From the human T2T-CHM13v2.0 reference genome, Homo sapiens, in the NCBI RefSeq assembly GCF_009914755.1, contig NC_060927.1: a stretch of 64,000 nucleotides of DNA; one strand, written 5' to 3'. Both the position numbers and the translations under genes were made by a program. The notes below the pieces were generated by a model, which worked only from the letters and a program-made list of their open reading frames with translations, ran no database searches and was not told the origin of the DNA. This document shows positions 45,021-60,525 of the stretch, piece after piece; within the stretch, counting starts at the first letter, position 1; each line of letters begins with the position of its first letter.

Positions 45021-47809
45021 AATTTGAAACAGACTATTTTATCTCATTGAAATTTCCCATTTACATATGAGAAGAACCCCAAGGACTAATACTACAATTT
45101 GTTCTGCAGTTCTGACCTCTGAGTGAATATTCTATTACTTTATGTGACCTCATATATATGATGCATATTCATACACACATATATGTATACTGTATATACA
45201 TAAATATACTATATGTACATATATGTGTGTATGTATATATATCATCTGTTCTATGTATTTTCTATATTTCAAAATAAAACATTTAAAATTTCTCAAATAT
45301 TGGAATGCATTTAACAAAATTTTCCAATAAATTGGAGATTTAAGGAAATTGAAATAAAATTATATTTTATCTGTCCATAACAAGGTTTTCATCATTTTAT
45401 TTTTAACATTTTCACATTTAATTTTGAGATTTATTCTTTATTATTTTTTGCGATTTATTCATTTATTAACAAACATATATTTAATTCTGCAGTGTGTGTG
45501 CGTGGTGGAGTAAGGTGCTTTGTTGTTGCTGTTGTTGACTATCTAGTATTTATACCCTTTTCTTATGTTAGGGGAAACACCTACTGTGTAGATTAACAAG
45601 GGGCAAAAACCTGCTTCTTGCTATGAAAGATAAAGAGCAGTTTTCTCCATTCACATACTAGATTTTTAAAAAATCTAGTTTTCTGAAGTTAGAGTAGGAA
45701 CGTGTGTCATAGTCTTGACCATTAAAAAATTTCTTTCTAAAACACAATGAGTCAACTTTGCATCCTTACTCAAGTACCTTTGGAATAGCATGTATGCTAG
45801 CTCTTTGAGATCTTTCTTAGGATCTACAATGACTAGAAAATAACACTGGATAATTTCAACAGAAAGGGAATATAGTGTCATTGAATGGACAAAAAGGCTC
45901 AGGAAACAGACTCTGGCAATGAGTGGAAAACAAGCAAATCCACACTTCTAAGAACGCAGCCAATGTCTCAGTGTCACATCAGTCTGATTAGAACATTACT
46001 GCTCTCCATGTGCCATTGACAGCACCACCAGCCATACCTTACCACCATGAATATTCTCTTTGCATTCTTGCCCTCAATTTTCTCTCTTTTTTTTTCCGGA
46101 AAGACTTTTAGTCGTATGATCATCTTTGTCCTTTTTCCTTTGGGCCTCATTGTTACTGGAGTCTACAATTTTGGGAAAATTCTTCAGTTTTGTTTTGTAA
46201 TCATTCAGGTGCAGTTTTGTAAAGTCACAGTTTCAATATCCAAGAACTTTCTCGTTCTACATTCCCTTTTCATAGCATCTTGGTCTTGCTTTGTGCATAT
46301 AAAATTATCTCAAATTTTGCTGAAGATACTAGTTAGCATACTATTTGCTCCAAATTATTTACTTGCTCTATGGCTGCTAGTATCTATTGATTTGTTTATT
46401 TTATGTTGCAAGCTTTCCTTTAGGTGGCAGGTAATCCATGGTTGCTGATTCATATTTAAATACAAGACAAGAAAGTTTAACTGAAAGCACGTTGAGTACA
46501 TGGGTGGGACTTTGCAATGAGTGCTATTTATTTTTGGGTGAGTGGGCTGAGGACCTAGCAATTATGCTGTAGGACTCCTAAATCTCTTAGTTCACGTCAG
46601 ATATTTTATTCAATTCCTTTACAAAGGAGCCTGAAATTTCCTTTTTATGTGGCAAGCATCTTATTGTTGAAGGGGAAAGATTACTAGGCATGCAGACTTC
46701 CCTGATTTCAGCCTTGTTTCTCACACCCTCACTAGGTGCTAGATTTATTTGAGCCTGATCCCCCTTTGGAATTCTATCAGGCCGATGTGCTCATTCTTGG
46801 TAATAGCCCCGACACATGTATTTTGCACTGTGTTTTGCTCTGATCTGGCTAATTAATTGGTAAACAACCCACCAACTGTCCATTTTCCAACAATTAATTA
46901 AAGGTTCTTATACGCCCTTTTCTTATATGCCGTTGTTTGTTTAATTCCTCACTCTTATTTGTATTGTTTTTAACATAATTAGAGTCTCACAAATAAGTTC
47001 CTAAAGAATATTTTCAAATGTTTAAAACATAAATTTTAAAATCTTTAAAAAATTCATGTATACAATTTACATGGCTTTAATGCAACTATTATTATCTTGT
47101 GATTTTTGGAAGATAATTATTACTTTGTATTTGTGACTTAAATCTAAGAATAAAATTATGTTTTAAGCACATATTTTTCATTTAATTACTTTTTTACTAT
47201 GAAATGTGGTAAACATACAGGCAACAACAGAGAACAATAAAACAAACACCCATGTATCATCCACCCAATGCTACCAAATTCAAATATTTGAAAAATGTCT
47301 TTCAAATTATTTTAAAAAATAAAATAGTGTATATCCTGCTGAACTCCCAATTGAATTTCGACTCTAAACTCCCTCCCTCTCTAGAGATAACCACTTGTTT
47401 GAATCTGATGTTTACCATTCCCATTTATGTTTTTCTACAATTACTAAAAAGAGATCATAATAATGACATTACAAAATAAATATATAATCATAATGCATGT
47501 CATTTTGACATTTGCTTTTGTTTGAAATTACGGTTTCTTATATTCACCATGTGTCTCTAGCTAATTTATTTAGATCTTTATAATATTTTATTGCATAAGT
47601 AAACAAAAATATAATTTTAAAAAATTCATTTTATTTTTCTGATGCATATTCAGATTGTTTCCAGTTTTTACTATTATATAAACCTGGCAGTGAGTTTTTG
47701 TGCTTTTATATGAGAGTTTTTCTAGAGTAAATATGTAGAAGAGGAATTTCTTAGTGAACTTTGCAAATTTTCTAGAAAATAGTTCAGCAATTAAAAAAAA
47801 CTAAAGATA

Positions 47810-48480
47810 CATTTATTTTAAAAAGCAACAATTGCACTCCTAGGCATTTATTCCAGAGAACTGAAAATTTATATCCATACAAAAGCCTGTATATGAATGT
47901 TTGTAATAGCCAAAACTTGGAAACAACCAAAGTGTCTCTCTATAGGTAAATGGTTACACAGACTGTAATAATATATCCATGCTATAGAATACTACTCAGC
48001 AATAAAAAGGAACAAACTGTTGGCACATGCAACAACGTGAATGACTTTCAAGGACATTGTGCTGAGTGAAAAAAGCCAATCTCAAAAGGTCACATACACA
48101 TCATTTTATTTATATAATGTTATCAAAATGACAGAATTATAGAGACAAACAATCGATTACAAATTTCCAGGGATTAGAGATGGTAGGTAGGAGGCAAGGT
48201 GTGAGTGTGAATATAGGATCACGGGAGATCTTTGTGATGGTGGAATAGCTCTGTGTCTTCATTGCAGTGGTGGTTACACAAACCTACACATGTGATAAAA
48301 TAGCATAGAACTGAACACACATTATATTAATGTCAATTTCCTGGTTTTGATATTGTACTATAGTTTGTAAAATGTAGTCATTTGGGGGAAACTTGGTGAA
48401 GGATATAGGGAATTTCTCTGTACTATCTCTGCAATTTTCTGTGAGTCTATAATTATTTCAAAATAAAAAAGCTTAAAAAA
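47810..48480 (+). mobile_element. L1MC/L1MD-type 3' end
   Basis: ACTTGGAAACAACCAAAGTGTC...GAATACTACTCAGCAATAAAAAGGAAC...GTCAATTTCCTGGTTTTGATATTGTACTATAG...CAAAATAAAAAAG. Confidence 0.85.
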
Positions 48481-48852
48481 TAACATGGTGAGTGTTCTTG
48501 TGATGATATATGAGAGTTTCTCTAGAGCAAATATATAGAAGAGGAATTGTTTGGTCAGCTTTACAAATTCTCCAAAGTAGCCACATCATTTTATACTACC
48601 ATCAGCAATGACTGACAAATTGCATTTCCACAGATTCTTCTCAAAACTTAGCCTTGTTAAACTTTTTTAATTTCTGGCAATCTGGAAGGTATTTGATTAT
48701 ATTTCATTATTGTTTTACTCGTGTTTTGTTAAGTGCTACTGAGTATGATCATATTTTCACGTTTATTAGCCATCTTAATTCCTAATTAATTTTCATGCCC
48801 TTTGACCAATTGTGTAATGGATTATTTGCTTTTTCTTATTGATGTGTACTAG

Positions 48853-49219
<367 letters not shown>

Positions 49220-49927
49220 TAAAAATATATTTTCCCTTCTGTGGTGTTGTTTTAAAAATCATTTTATACTTCTTGAACGTGAGTTTAATTTCATGTAAAT
49301 GAGATTATCATTTTTACCTGTTTCTGTTAATATGAATATGTTTCTAAAATTCATTGGGTTTATTTTTGTTCTTTATTGTAGGTGGTTAATTATTTGTGTA
49401 TGCTGTGATTGGGATTTAGATTTATATATCTAACTATGTCTATTATTCATCCAGTTGTCCCAGCAACTCTTTTTTTACTTGTACATATTTTCTCCTTTGA
49501 TTTGTCATCTATAAAGTCCTTTATCACATGTAAATCTTTGCATGTTCAAATGTGCATTACTATATTCTCTGTTCTTTTCACTAGACTTGGTTATCATCCC
49601 TGTGCATGAATATCACACTATATTAGCTGCTTATTGGTAGCTAAGTAGGCAAGTCCTCCACTTTTTATTTTCAGATTTCTTTTGTCTCTTTTTTGTCCTC
49701 TACTTTGACAATATTACTATATGTTTGTCAAATTTCTTAATCTGTGTTAGAATTTTGATTGGAATTGTATCATATTTACAGATTACTTTTTGTAATAATT
49801 TGCCATCACGAAAGCAATAAACTTCTGCATTTTATTTTGCTATTAGGAAATGTTAGCAAATTTTATTTCTAAATAATTATAAAACTAGTAATACATTAAG
49901 ATGCACAAAAAATATCATAAAAGATAG

Positions 49928-50298
49928 TAATAATGTTTGGCTGTGTCCCCACCTAAATCTCATCTTGAGTTGTAGTTCCCATAATCCCTACATGTAGTGG
50001 GAGGGACCTGGTGTGAGGTAATTGAATCATGGGGGTGTTACTTCCATGCTGTTCTCATGATAGTGAGTGAGTTCTCATGAGATCTGATGATTTTATAAGG
50101 GGCTTTCCCCGCTTTTGCTCATTCTTCTCCTTTCTGCCACCATTTAAGAAGGATGTTTGCTTCACATTTTGCCATAATTGCAAGTTTCCTGTGGCCTCCC
50201 CAGCCATGTCGAACTGTGAGTCAATGAAACCCTTTTCCTTTATAAACTACCCGATCTCAAGTACCTCTTTATCAGCAGCGTGATAATGAACTAATACA
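49928..50298 (+). mobile_element. THE1 solo LTR (MaLR)
   Basis: GTTTGGCTGTGTCCCCACCTAAATCTCATCTTG...GGCCTCCCCAGCCATG...CTAATACA; exact 5-bp TSD GATAG at 49923-49927 and 50299-50303. Confidence 0.93.
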
Positions 50299-51400
50299 GA
50301 TAGTGCTGATTTTGTAGTGTTGGTGTACAAATACCATAGATCAGATGAAAATACAACAATAATTTTGAAAATTTAATGATTTTTATGTAACTCTATTTAC
50401 ATCACAGATGATTTAAGATAAATGCAATCTACTGACAATTAATATCTTCTAACACACCTATAAATGTATATACATTTAAATAATTAAAAGTCAGCTCTGC
50501 AATAAAACAATTTGATAAAAGGGGTTTGAACTCCTTAAGAAAATCAGAAGATACATCAGAGTATATCTGTTATTTATGAGAAAGAGTGAGAAATAGTTAT
50601 TAAAGCTTATTTGGATGATTCACCTTAGTTGAAATAATTTGCTTCATAAGTTTGCTTTAATCAAAGATGAACCTTTTATTATCGGAAGATTTATATTTTG
50701 GATTTAATATTTCCTTTTTCAAGGAGGGGACTTGTACTATTGTTTCCATAGCATCTTTCTGATATTGAGTCTTCTCATCCATGAACATGGTATATACTTG
50801 CAAATATTTACTGCTTCTTTTATGTCCTTCGATAATGTCTTGGAGTTTCTTCACAAGAGAATTGCACATTTGTTTAGATTTATTTCTAGGTAAGATTTGT
50901 TTTGTTTTTGTTTCTACAGAACGTGAAATCTATGCCTTTTCTGGCAATTATTAGTATAGGGATAATATTGATTTTTGTACATGAACCTTGCATCTAGAAA
51001 ATTTGATGAATTAGTTTATTAGCATTAATAGAATGTATGCTCTCTAGAGTTATCTTGGTAGGCAATTAAGTAGTTTCCAAGTAGGGAGAGTGGCATAAAT
51101 CTTTCATAGTTTATTTATTATGAAGGATTATTTTAATATTATCTTGAAGCTTTAATTATAAGCATATAATCTTATTATTTTTATATCTTCTCGGTATATT
51201 TTTGATTTTGTTGTTATGAAGTTTCCTTTTCATCCTTATTCATTGTTTCTGAGTTTATAATCAGACAACAACTATCATATACTAACTTCTTATCAGACAT
51301 TGTTCTAAGTTCTACAAATGTACAAAACCACTTAATTCTCACACAGACCCATTAGACAAATACTATTATTATACTATGCTTATTAAAAAAAAAAAAATAG

Positions 51401-51717
51401 GGCTGGGTGCATTGGCTCACGCCTGTAATCCGAACACTTTGGGAGGCCAAGGCAGGTGTACCACCTGAGGTCAGGAGTTCTTGACCAGCCTGGCCAACAT
51501 GGTGAAACCTCGTCTCTAGTAAAAATACCAAAATTAGCCAGCCATGGTGGCGGGTGCCTGTAATCCCAGCTACTCAGAAGGCTGAGGCAGGAGAATTGCT
51601 TGAACCTGAACCTGGGAGGCAGAGGTTGCAATGAGTGGAGACTGTACTACTGCACTCCAGCCTAGGCGACAGAGTGAGACTCGGTCTCCAAAAAAAAAAA
51701 AAAAAAAAAAAAAAAAA
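51401..51717 (+). mobile_element. AluSx-like inserted within a minus-strand MIR (about 51290-51830)
   Basis: Complete dimer with a 6-bp TGAACC duplication and long A tail; the MIR core GATTAAGTAATGTGCTCAAGATGACACAGCTA resumes downstream. Confidence 0.92.
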
Positions 51718-52189
51718 GACAATGGAAGCACAAAGAGATTAAGTAATGTGCTCAAGATGACACAGCTAACATCTAGCAGGCTGAGGTTCAAACTGAGGAA
51801 GTCTTATTTCAGCATCTGTGCCAGTATACTTGATAGTAATATTGCTACAAAAGGTTTCTTTTGAATAGCATGTCAATGATATTTATTCTTTCATTTTTAA
51901 ATTTTCTGTGTGACTTTGGAACAATGTCACTGTGATCACACATTTTTAGAACTGCACCAACCACCTTGAGCTTTTAAGAGGATGCACTGCCAAATGCTGA
52001 AGTATGGAAATCACTTATATAATGATGAGTAAGCCATTCTTGAAATTGCACATTTTTACTTCTTGTTATATGTGAAACTTCCTCATTGTTAAGCTACTTT
52101 GGTTAGTTGTTCTGTTAGTTCTAGCTGTAATTATTCTAACTGGAGAGAGGGTTATAAACTATTTTCTCTTAATGGTTGATCCAAGGTAA

Positions 52190-53400
52190 GTTCACGGCTT
52201 GTGGAGAAACTCAATAGATAGGGGTAGCATTCAGGGTGATAAGTGACCCTAGAAGAGGATATGTTTTAGGTGGAGGAGAAAGATGTGCAAAAGAGAACTA
52301 TGAGTTCTCTTTTGACTTGGTAATACTCTTTATACATCTAAGTGGGAATATCACATAGGAAGCAGATATCTGAGTCTACTATTCAGAGGTGGTATCAGAG
52401 TTGAAGACATATATTTAGAAGTAATTTGCATATAGTGGATACATATTGATGTGGGAATGGATGCATTTATCTCAAGAGAAAGTCAAGCCACTGAAAATAT
52501 TTTCAAAATGCCCCTATTCTTTACTTCCAAGTGTGTCAACAACTTTGAAGATACACAATTATCCAGCTAATATTAACCATTTAATAAAATTTCTCACTCT
52601 GTTCCATTTTCATCAAAGCCCATCTGCCGCAATGTCTTTTTCTTAAAACATATCAGTGGTTTTCTACCTTACTTAAAGAAAAAAAAAAAGTTTACTCTAA
52701 AGGATAAAACTATGCTGTTCACAAAGAAGGTTTTTGATTTTATTTTCCTTCATATCTACCTACTTAATACTGTACTAGCATTATTATGTAATTGCCACTC
52801 TTTTCTTCTGTAATAGTCTCCCTACTTTTTTTGTCCTCTTTGTTGTTTTTCTTCCCTTTCTACCAATTCTACATCTCAAAATCCTAAAGTACGGTATAGT
52901 AGAAGAGTCTAGGATTTCTCCTTTTGGGGAGAGAAAAATGAGAGAGAAGGGGAAGAACATGGGAGAGGTTGGGAGGGTGAGATCTTCAGGGATGATGATG
53001 ATGTTAGTCATTTTTTTGCACCTTCATGTAGAATTATGATGCCTAGGATCAGAATGTTTTAAAGAAAGAAGGTGGGTCCTTCTCAGTTGACTGCTGCTGA
53101 GAGGGGCATTGAAAAATGGACCTCTGATTTGATGACTTCAGCAAGAGCTATTTCGGTAGCATGATGCTGATAGGAGCAGACTGTGTGGGCTAAGAAAGGA
53201 AGGTGAGGAAGTGGAGTGAGAAGAATAGGTCACCCACTAGAGAAGTTTAGCCTTGTGGGAAAGAAGAGAGTCAGGCCAGAGCTGTGGGTGCCTTGGAGAT
53301 AGGACAAGATTGGTGATTGTTTTGAAATGGGTGAGACTAGTGTGTGTTTAAAAGCTGAAAAGAATCTACTTTGACTATGCAGAAGAAAAAAGGAGAAAAT
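52190..53400 (-). mobile_element. Patchy L2 fragments
   Basis: Purine-rich antisense-L2-like stretches, e.g. TGATGACTTCAGCAAGAGCTATTTCGGTAG and GGGTGAGACTAGTGTGTGTTT. Confidence 0.5.
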
Positions 53401-53401
53401 T

Positions 53402-53702
53402 GGCTGGGTGCAGTGGCTCATGCCCGTAATCCCAGCACTTTGGGAGGCTGAGGTGGGTGCATCACCTGAGGTCAAGAGATTGACACAATCCTGGTCAACA
53501 TGGTGAAACCCCGTCTCTACTAAAAAATACAAAAATTAGCTGGGAGTGGTGGCAGGTGCCTGTAGTCCCAGCTACTCCGGAGGCTGAGGCAGGAGAATCA
53601 CTTGAACCTGGTAGGAAGGAGGTTGCAGTGAGCCAAGATTGCGCCACTGCACTCCACTCTGGCAACAGAGCGAGACTCCATCTCAAAAAAAAAAAACAAA
53701 AA
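53402..53702 (+). mobile_element. AluS
   Basis: Complete dimer flanked by similar AAAAGGAGAAAAT/AAAAGAAGAAAAT. Confidence 0.92.
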
Positions 53703-56204
53703 GAAGAAAATCCTCAGAGCATGTTTCCAGATGAAACAGCAGGGAATAGAATCTAAAACACAGGAGAAGAGACAGCCTTAGACACATTCTGGATCAAAAT
53801 ATTTAAGAAAGAAAGAGAGGGGCATGTACAAAGACGATGTGCTTTCTGTTTCCCAGATTTTAGAAATTTAAGCATATTACAATTCATTTTGATTACTGTG
53901 TTCCTATCATTTTTTTCCCTTATATCCCTTCTTATATATTAGAAAATCCTTTAAAATTGCAATCTATGATTAAAAAGAAGGAACTGTCATTCCAATGTTT
54001 TTATATGACACAGAAAATAATAGTTCAACTAACTATTTGCTGTAATAATAAAGACCAGAAGCAAAAACCAAAGGCCAGGATCCTAGAGTCTTTCATGTTG
54101 ACCTCTGTTCTACTATGAACTTTAAAATCTGTTTTACATCAGACTCTGCAGGAAATAGGATAGGAGAACATGAGAAAGGAATATATCCTGCTAAGGTTGC
54201 CTAGATCCAAGCGGATTGGTGATGTTACTAAAGAGAAACAAACAGCAGTTGTTTAAAAACAGGGTTTTCAATATGAGTAAAAATGCTTTGATGTCAGTTG
54301 ATTTTTTTAAAAGAGAGAGAGATGCAGATTTTAGCAAGAAAATATCAAAAGAAAACCCAGATTGACCGATAATGTCCAAGAAGGAAAACTGCGAGGAAGT
54401 GAGTATGGATAAAGCCACAGAGCACAAAAGCATCAGTCCTCTATTAGAATTTATGTTGATTATTTAAAAAATTTCTTTAGTCATATAAAAACTTTAATAT
54501 CCTTTTTTAAAAAATAGAACATGTGTTAAATTTAGGAGAATAAGTTTTAAGTATGATAAATTATTCAGAATCTTTTGAGCGGATAGCATATATTTCATTA
54601 ATTTTTCAAATAAAAAGTATATTGTCATAGCACTTCTAGTTTTTATCCTCCCTTTTACCTCATCATTGATTTCAAGACTATTATTAGTGTGATGTTATTT
54701 ACCCTTTCCTGACAAGGTTAAAAGCATTATTAATTGACACTAGTTTCACTGGATGCGGTATGGTAATAATCACAGTAAATAAGTAAACAACTGTACAACT
54801 ACAAGTATCATGTCCACAGAATCTATCTGGGTGAACCAACATTTTACATGCTCTAGAGAAAACTATTTCTTCATGTGATACTGCACTCAACATAAGGGTC
54901 ATGTCTGGGAGTCCAAAGTACACGCTCAAAATAATTTACTCCATATAATATGTAGTTTTTCAATTTCTGTAATTTAATTACTCCCTCTTTAACTTGTAGG
55001 GGTAAAGTTAGTGAGAAGGAGCACAAAGTACATACAGTCTTATTGTCTACCTGGTAAGTATTGCCCCATCATTTGAGATTCAAGTCTCATGCATTCTATG
55101 TGGTCTTTCTGAACCTACTTCTCCCCAGTAAAACTAATATGTATATATCTCTCTTGTACTTCTAATCTGGGGAGAGGAAATAGAATAAATGCACGCTACT
55201 CTATTTATTCTTAATGCAATTCTTTGTTATATGTATGTATGATTTTAAAATATTTGTATTTTTACTCTTTGGCAGGATAAGACTCACTCGTTTGCATTGC
55301 AATGATATACTAATCAATGCATTTGAAAGGATATAAAAAACTCAATAATCAAAACCTGGATACAGTCTGACTGTATATTTTAAACTTGTGAGTAAGACGG
55401 AATTGAAATCAAAATAAAATAGACCTGAACATCTTTTAATAACTCAAAAATTAGCTTGATATGAATCTCAAAAAAGTATACATTGGCTTCACTTTCTTGA
55501 AATGATTCTAAATCTTCTACTCAGAGAAAAATAGGAAGAAGAAAAAATATTCTTGAGAAATTATTTCTTTAAACATACTTAAATCTTTAAAAAATTCCGA
55601 TGCTGAGAAGATTATGAAAACTCATCATCTTTCATATTAGAAAAGTTTAAATTGCCAGTTTAAGCCTGCTAAAATATTTTTATTGCATTCTTGGTAATTT
55701 CCCTTGAAAGCATTTCTAAAGGCTCAGGAAAACATTTACAATTTTATAAAAACCTTTCAAATTAATTTATAAGTTAACTATGAGCTTCTTTTTGGGAGAC
55801 TCAAAACAGTGGGTGACCTTATATCCATAATGTGTATGTTTAAATGTTTTATTACAACCAAGTGAATTAGAATTGAATTACTTAACTTCAGATACCCCAT
55901 TTCATTTAACTGCAATCTGTTTGGCCTTTTAGTTAAACCAATTTAATTCCACTTTAAACAATCGCAAATTCACTTTTGTATGTTCTGTTTTACTTAATTT
56001 TCAGCTGTAGAGTGGCTTTGAGTAGGCAATATGAGAAAACACTGACCAAATTTGGTGTTTTCACTGGCGTTTTATCCCATCAGATGTTTAAGAAAATCAA
56101 TATTTCATTGTCATCTTGATTAGTGAGATATAATGTCTTGAGCCCCTTGTGTCCCTAGTGTTGCATTCCCTTGGTTCACCTGTAAAAATAAAACAAAACT
56201 CACT

Positions 56205-56218
56205 GTTACTATGGCAAC
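56205..56218. promoter_or_regulatory. RFX X-box motif
   Basis: GTTACTATGGCAAC, a near-palindromic 14-mer matching the GTYNCYATRGNAAC X-box, in unique DNA. Confidence 0.65.
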
Positions 56219-58568
56219 CGCGTGCAGGTGTAGCTTAACAGCGCATTGCCTCAGCCATATCTCTTATCTTCTGTCCCGGGGTGTCTTTACATTTATATTT
56301 GTTCTATTTGTTTTTTTAAATAAATGCTTTAAGGACTATACATTTCCCTCTGTGTAGCATGTCAATCACATTCGCATGATGAGCTAGTGTTCTCATTGTT
56401 GATTTCTCATTAGAATTTAATTTTAGCGTTGGTCTCCCAAACTTACCCAAGGGTTGCTTTAAAAAGTCTTCTTAATATCGGAGTGAACATTTGTCTTTAT
56501 TTCAAAAGTTTATTGCCTGAAAATGTGGCCTGAGTGATTTCTGAATCTGGAGTTTTCATTGAGATTTTCATTGTACAAAGATAACATGATCCTTTTATGG
56601 AATGCCCATGGTTACTAAAAACTTTTATGTAACAGGATGTTACATTGAAACTCTTTCTATGTCAGGTTTGGCTGAGGTCACAAAAAATTAATGGCAAGCA
56701 TTTTCACATTCCACTGTAAGGAGCTATACCAAGTTAGACAACTTTTTGCAAAGAAAATCCTAAAAAATCACTTTTGCAAACACCTTGCACATGTAAATTG
56801 CAGACCTAGACTTCAGCCAGAGATAAATTAATAAACCGAGAGAAAGAGGCCTTTTCTGGAAAGAATTACTGACGGACATTAAATACTACCCACCCCTCTG
56901 TGTCAGAATGAGGTATCCATTAAATTCACTTCAAGTATCTTATGGAAAAGACTTTACTGAGAACAGTCAGAGAGATTGATATGTGTCCCCTAGAGTATCA
57001 GACACACTGTTGAGAAATTTAAAAATGTAAACTGTACGAAGCTCCTATGGCATCAGAGTAGAGGGCTATAGTAAGAGCATTCCCACTGACAGTGGGCCAA
57101 AGATGTGCATTTCCCAGTGTTAAGGCTACATTGGTGGGTAGTGGTCTAAGCTTCACATTCACTCCACTGATTCTGTCACATGTGAAAGCTGATCAAAGGC
57201 AAGCTTTCCAAACTACTTGCACTTCGTATAGGATTATAAACTGAAAAAGAGATTACACGTAAGATTACCCAGTCAGTCCCAACTACATGTTCTTATTAAT
57301 ATACCTACTACACACATATTATTTGGGGTAGTAGTGATAAAGTTCCTTTAAAGGGATGCTTCCCTTCCCAGCAGCAGCATAAATCTTCATTGTAGATGGA
57401 GTCCAGTACAATGACTATTGTCAGAACCAGGTCTGTAGTGTCTAGTCAGATTCCTCAAGTGTTAGAACAGAAGAAAAGCTGGGACCCTGCAGTGGGAGAA
57501 AGTGCCTTTGAACTATGAATCTTAAGGCTTTCCTTATCTATAGCAAGAAACCCCTTTTCTGTGATTGATTCTCTGGGTGTATGATTCTTTTTTGAACATT
57601 TACTATGATTGGCTATGCGTAAATTAACTAATCCTAAAGTTTTAATCCCAGATAATATTAGCACACAGACACACAGATGTTGATTCTGCTGTCCCACTCA
57701 TATTATCAAAGGTTTCATAGATTTGCAAAGTAAACAAGCCTCATTCATTGATGCAAACGAAATACTGTGGCCATAATTGGGGTTTAGCATCACAATTCAT
57801 GTACTTATACTCTTTAAGCTGAGTGACTAGGTGTTACCCATAGGAAGAGATCAGCAGGGGTCATTTTAGAAACAGCTCAAGATGGCTATCTGGGGTGAGG
57901 GGAAGGCGACCTCTGTGAAAAGAGGAAAAAGGCATATCTGGACCTGAGTTACCAACAACAGGATATTTTTTTAAATGCCTCAAGGGAACCAATTTTTAGC
58001 TGTCTCCAAAGGAACCTATATACTCTTCAAAGAAAGAATAAGTTTTAACATCTGCCATAGCTTTAATTATATCAGCATCAATCAACAAAGCCTTTTTGTC
58101 CCTCCCTTTCCCTTCCTTCCCTGCTGTGGCATTGGAAGAGCCCAGTGAGTAGGAGGGAGAAGCAATAGACTCATAAGCAGGGAAAGTATTGCAGAAGTCA
58201 CCTATGCTCCCCTCCTTTCCTTCCCACTGAAGGCTTCCTATCAAGACGGGAAATAGGCTGCCTGGAGTGAGGCTGAAACTCTAATGTAGAATAAGGCTCA
58301 GAGTTTCAACTATCGGATGGAGCTGGATATTTTAGCTACTGAATTAGGTGTGCATTGTGAGTCAACGTGATTGAAGAATTTGTTTAGTTTCTTAAAGTGA
58401 TTATAAAAATCGTAGATTTCACCCAAGGAGAGGGAAAGAGTAGCTCCACAGTGTATTGATTTGGGGTGGAAGTAGCTGATTTCGAATTGTAACCTGTAAG
58501 TCTTATTTGTTTAATGATTGCCTTGTATATGATCAGGTTTTTTGTTTTGTTATTTAAATTATCTGTAT

Positions 58569-59063
<495 letters not shown>

Positions 59064-60280
59064 ACTTACATCTTTCCTAACTTTTACTCACTTAATCACT
59101 TTCTAAAAGGCTTGCGTAAGTGTCTACCACTGTGAAATTCTCAATTGGTGAATGAAACACTCAACTGGTATTTATATCAGCTTTTACTTTAAAAGTTTCT
59201 AAAGCCATGTGGCAGTTTTATGACTGCTGTATCTTCTTATTGGCCTATAATGTTATCAGCATCCATTATCCCTTCTCCCCTTTTAATGTACTTCACCTTG
59301 AATTCTCTTTTGTCCATTCTCAGTATTGATATATCTGCTTTCTTTGAGTTACCATTTACCTAATACTTAATCATCATTACTTAATTTTCAGTCTTTCTAC
59401 AACATCACTTTTATGGTACTTATCTTTAAATAAAAGATAACTGTATTTTTTTTTCAAACCTTTGACTTGGGGAATTTAATCCATTTATGTTTTGTGAATT
59501 CTAAAATGCATGAATATTTCCTTTCCATATTACTTTGTTTATCACTGATACTCTTCTGCTCTGTTACTGTGCTGTTCTTATCTGCTTTTAATTTGATTCA
59601 TCAAGATTACTTGTTACTGGTTTTCTTTTTCCATTTATGGGTTGAAGTTACAAATTGTGTTTCTCCCTGCCTAGTGTATATCCTTTAAATCTTAACATAC
59701 ATATTCCAACTTATTTTTCAGTTGTTATGAAGGTTTAGCCATATCAATTTACTCTCTACGATAGACGGGAACCTTGCCCAACTCTCTTCATTTTTCTTAC
59801 CTGTCACCACTGCCCTGTTGCAATAAGGGAAAATTATAAGTAATATTATGAGCATATTATTTTTAGAGTGTCATCAATTATTTAGATTCAGTTATTCATT
59901 TTATAGAATTATTTTTCTCTACTCTGTCTTGTTTCTTACATTTTTCCTTTTTGAGACTATTGCTTTGCTAATGTACATACTCCACTTTTTTCAGAAAGTG
60001 GTAATGGAAATAAACCTTTGCATATATGAAAATATTTATTTTAATCTCTTACTTGAAGGCTTCCCCTTCTCAACCATGTTTCTTTAAACCTGCTAGCTAT
60101 TCTGTAAATAACCTGCTAAACTTTCTTTAGTGAAAAAGTGTGTTGATTGTTTTCTGTCAAGATCCTGAATGTGACAGATTTTATATCTTGAAAACCGAAG
60201 AAGCTACAATGCAAGCCATCTGCCATTATCATTTTAATAAATGTAAAAAAGGCTATGTGTATATACACATATATACACAC

Positions 60281-60318
<38 letters not shown>

Positions 60319-60524
60319 ACCGAAATACATGTTTTACACACAGGCTAAAAAGCCCCAAAACACACAATAACTTGTTAGTACTTATGATAATTAACAAAAT
60401 CTGTAACTTTCCTAAGAAATAAATTAACTGTGAAAAGAAAAAAACCTAGATGAAGAAAAGTATAAAATTCCATAAATAAACAAATAAATGAATTTTATTG
60501 GTGGATAAGAATCATGACCTTGAC

Positions 60525-60525
<1 letters not shown>

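Noticed and set aside
46047-46448. 133-aa hydrophobic ORF
   Set aside because: T-rich sequence, probably a decayed antisense L1; no recognisable domain or gene context
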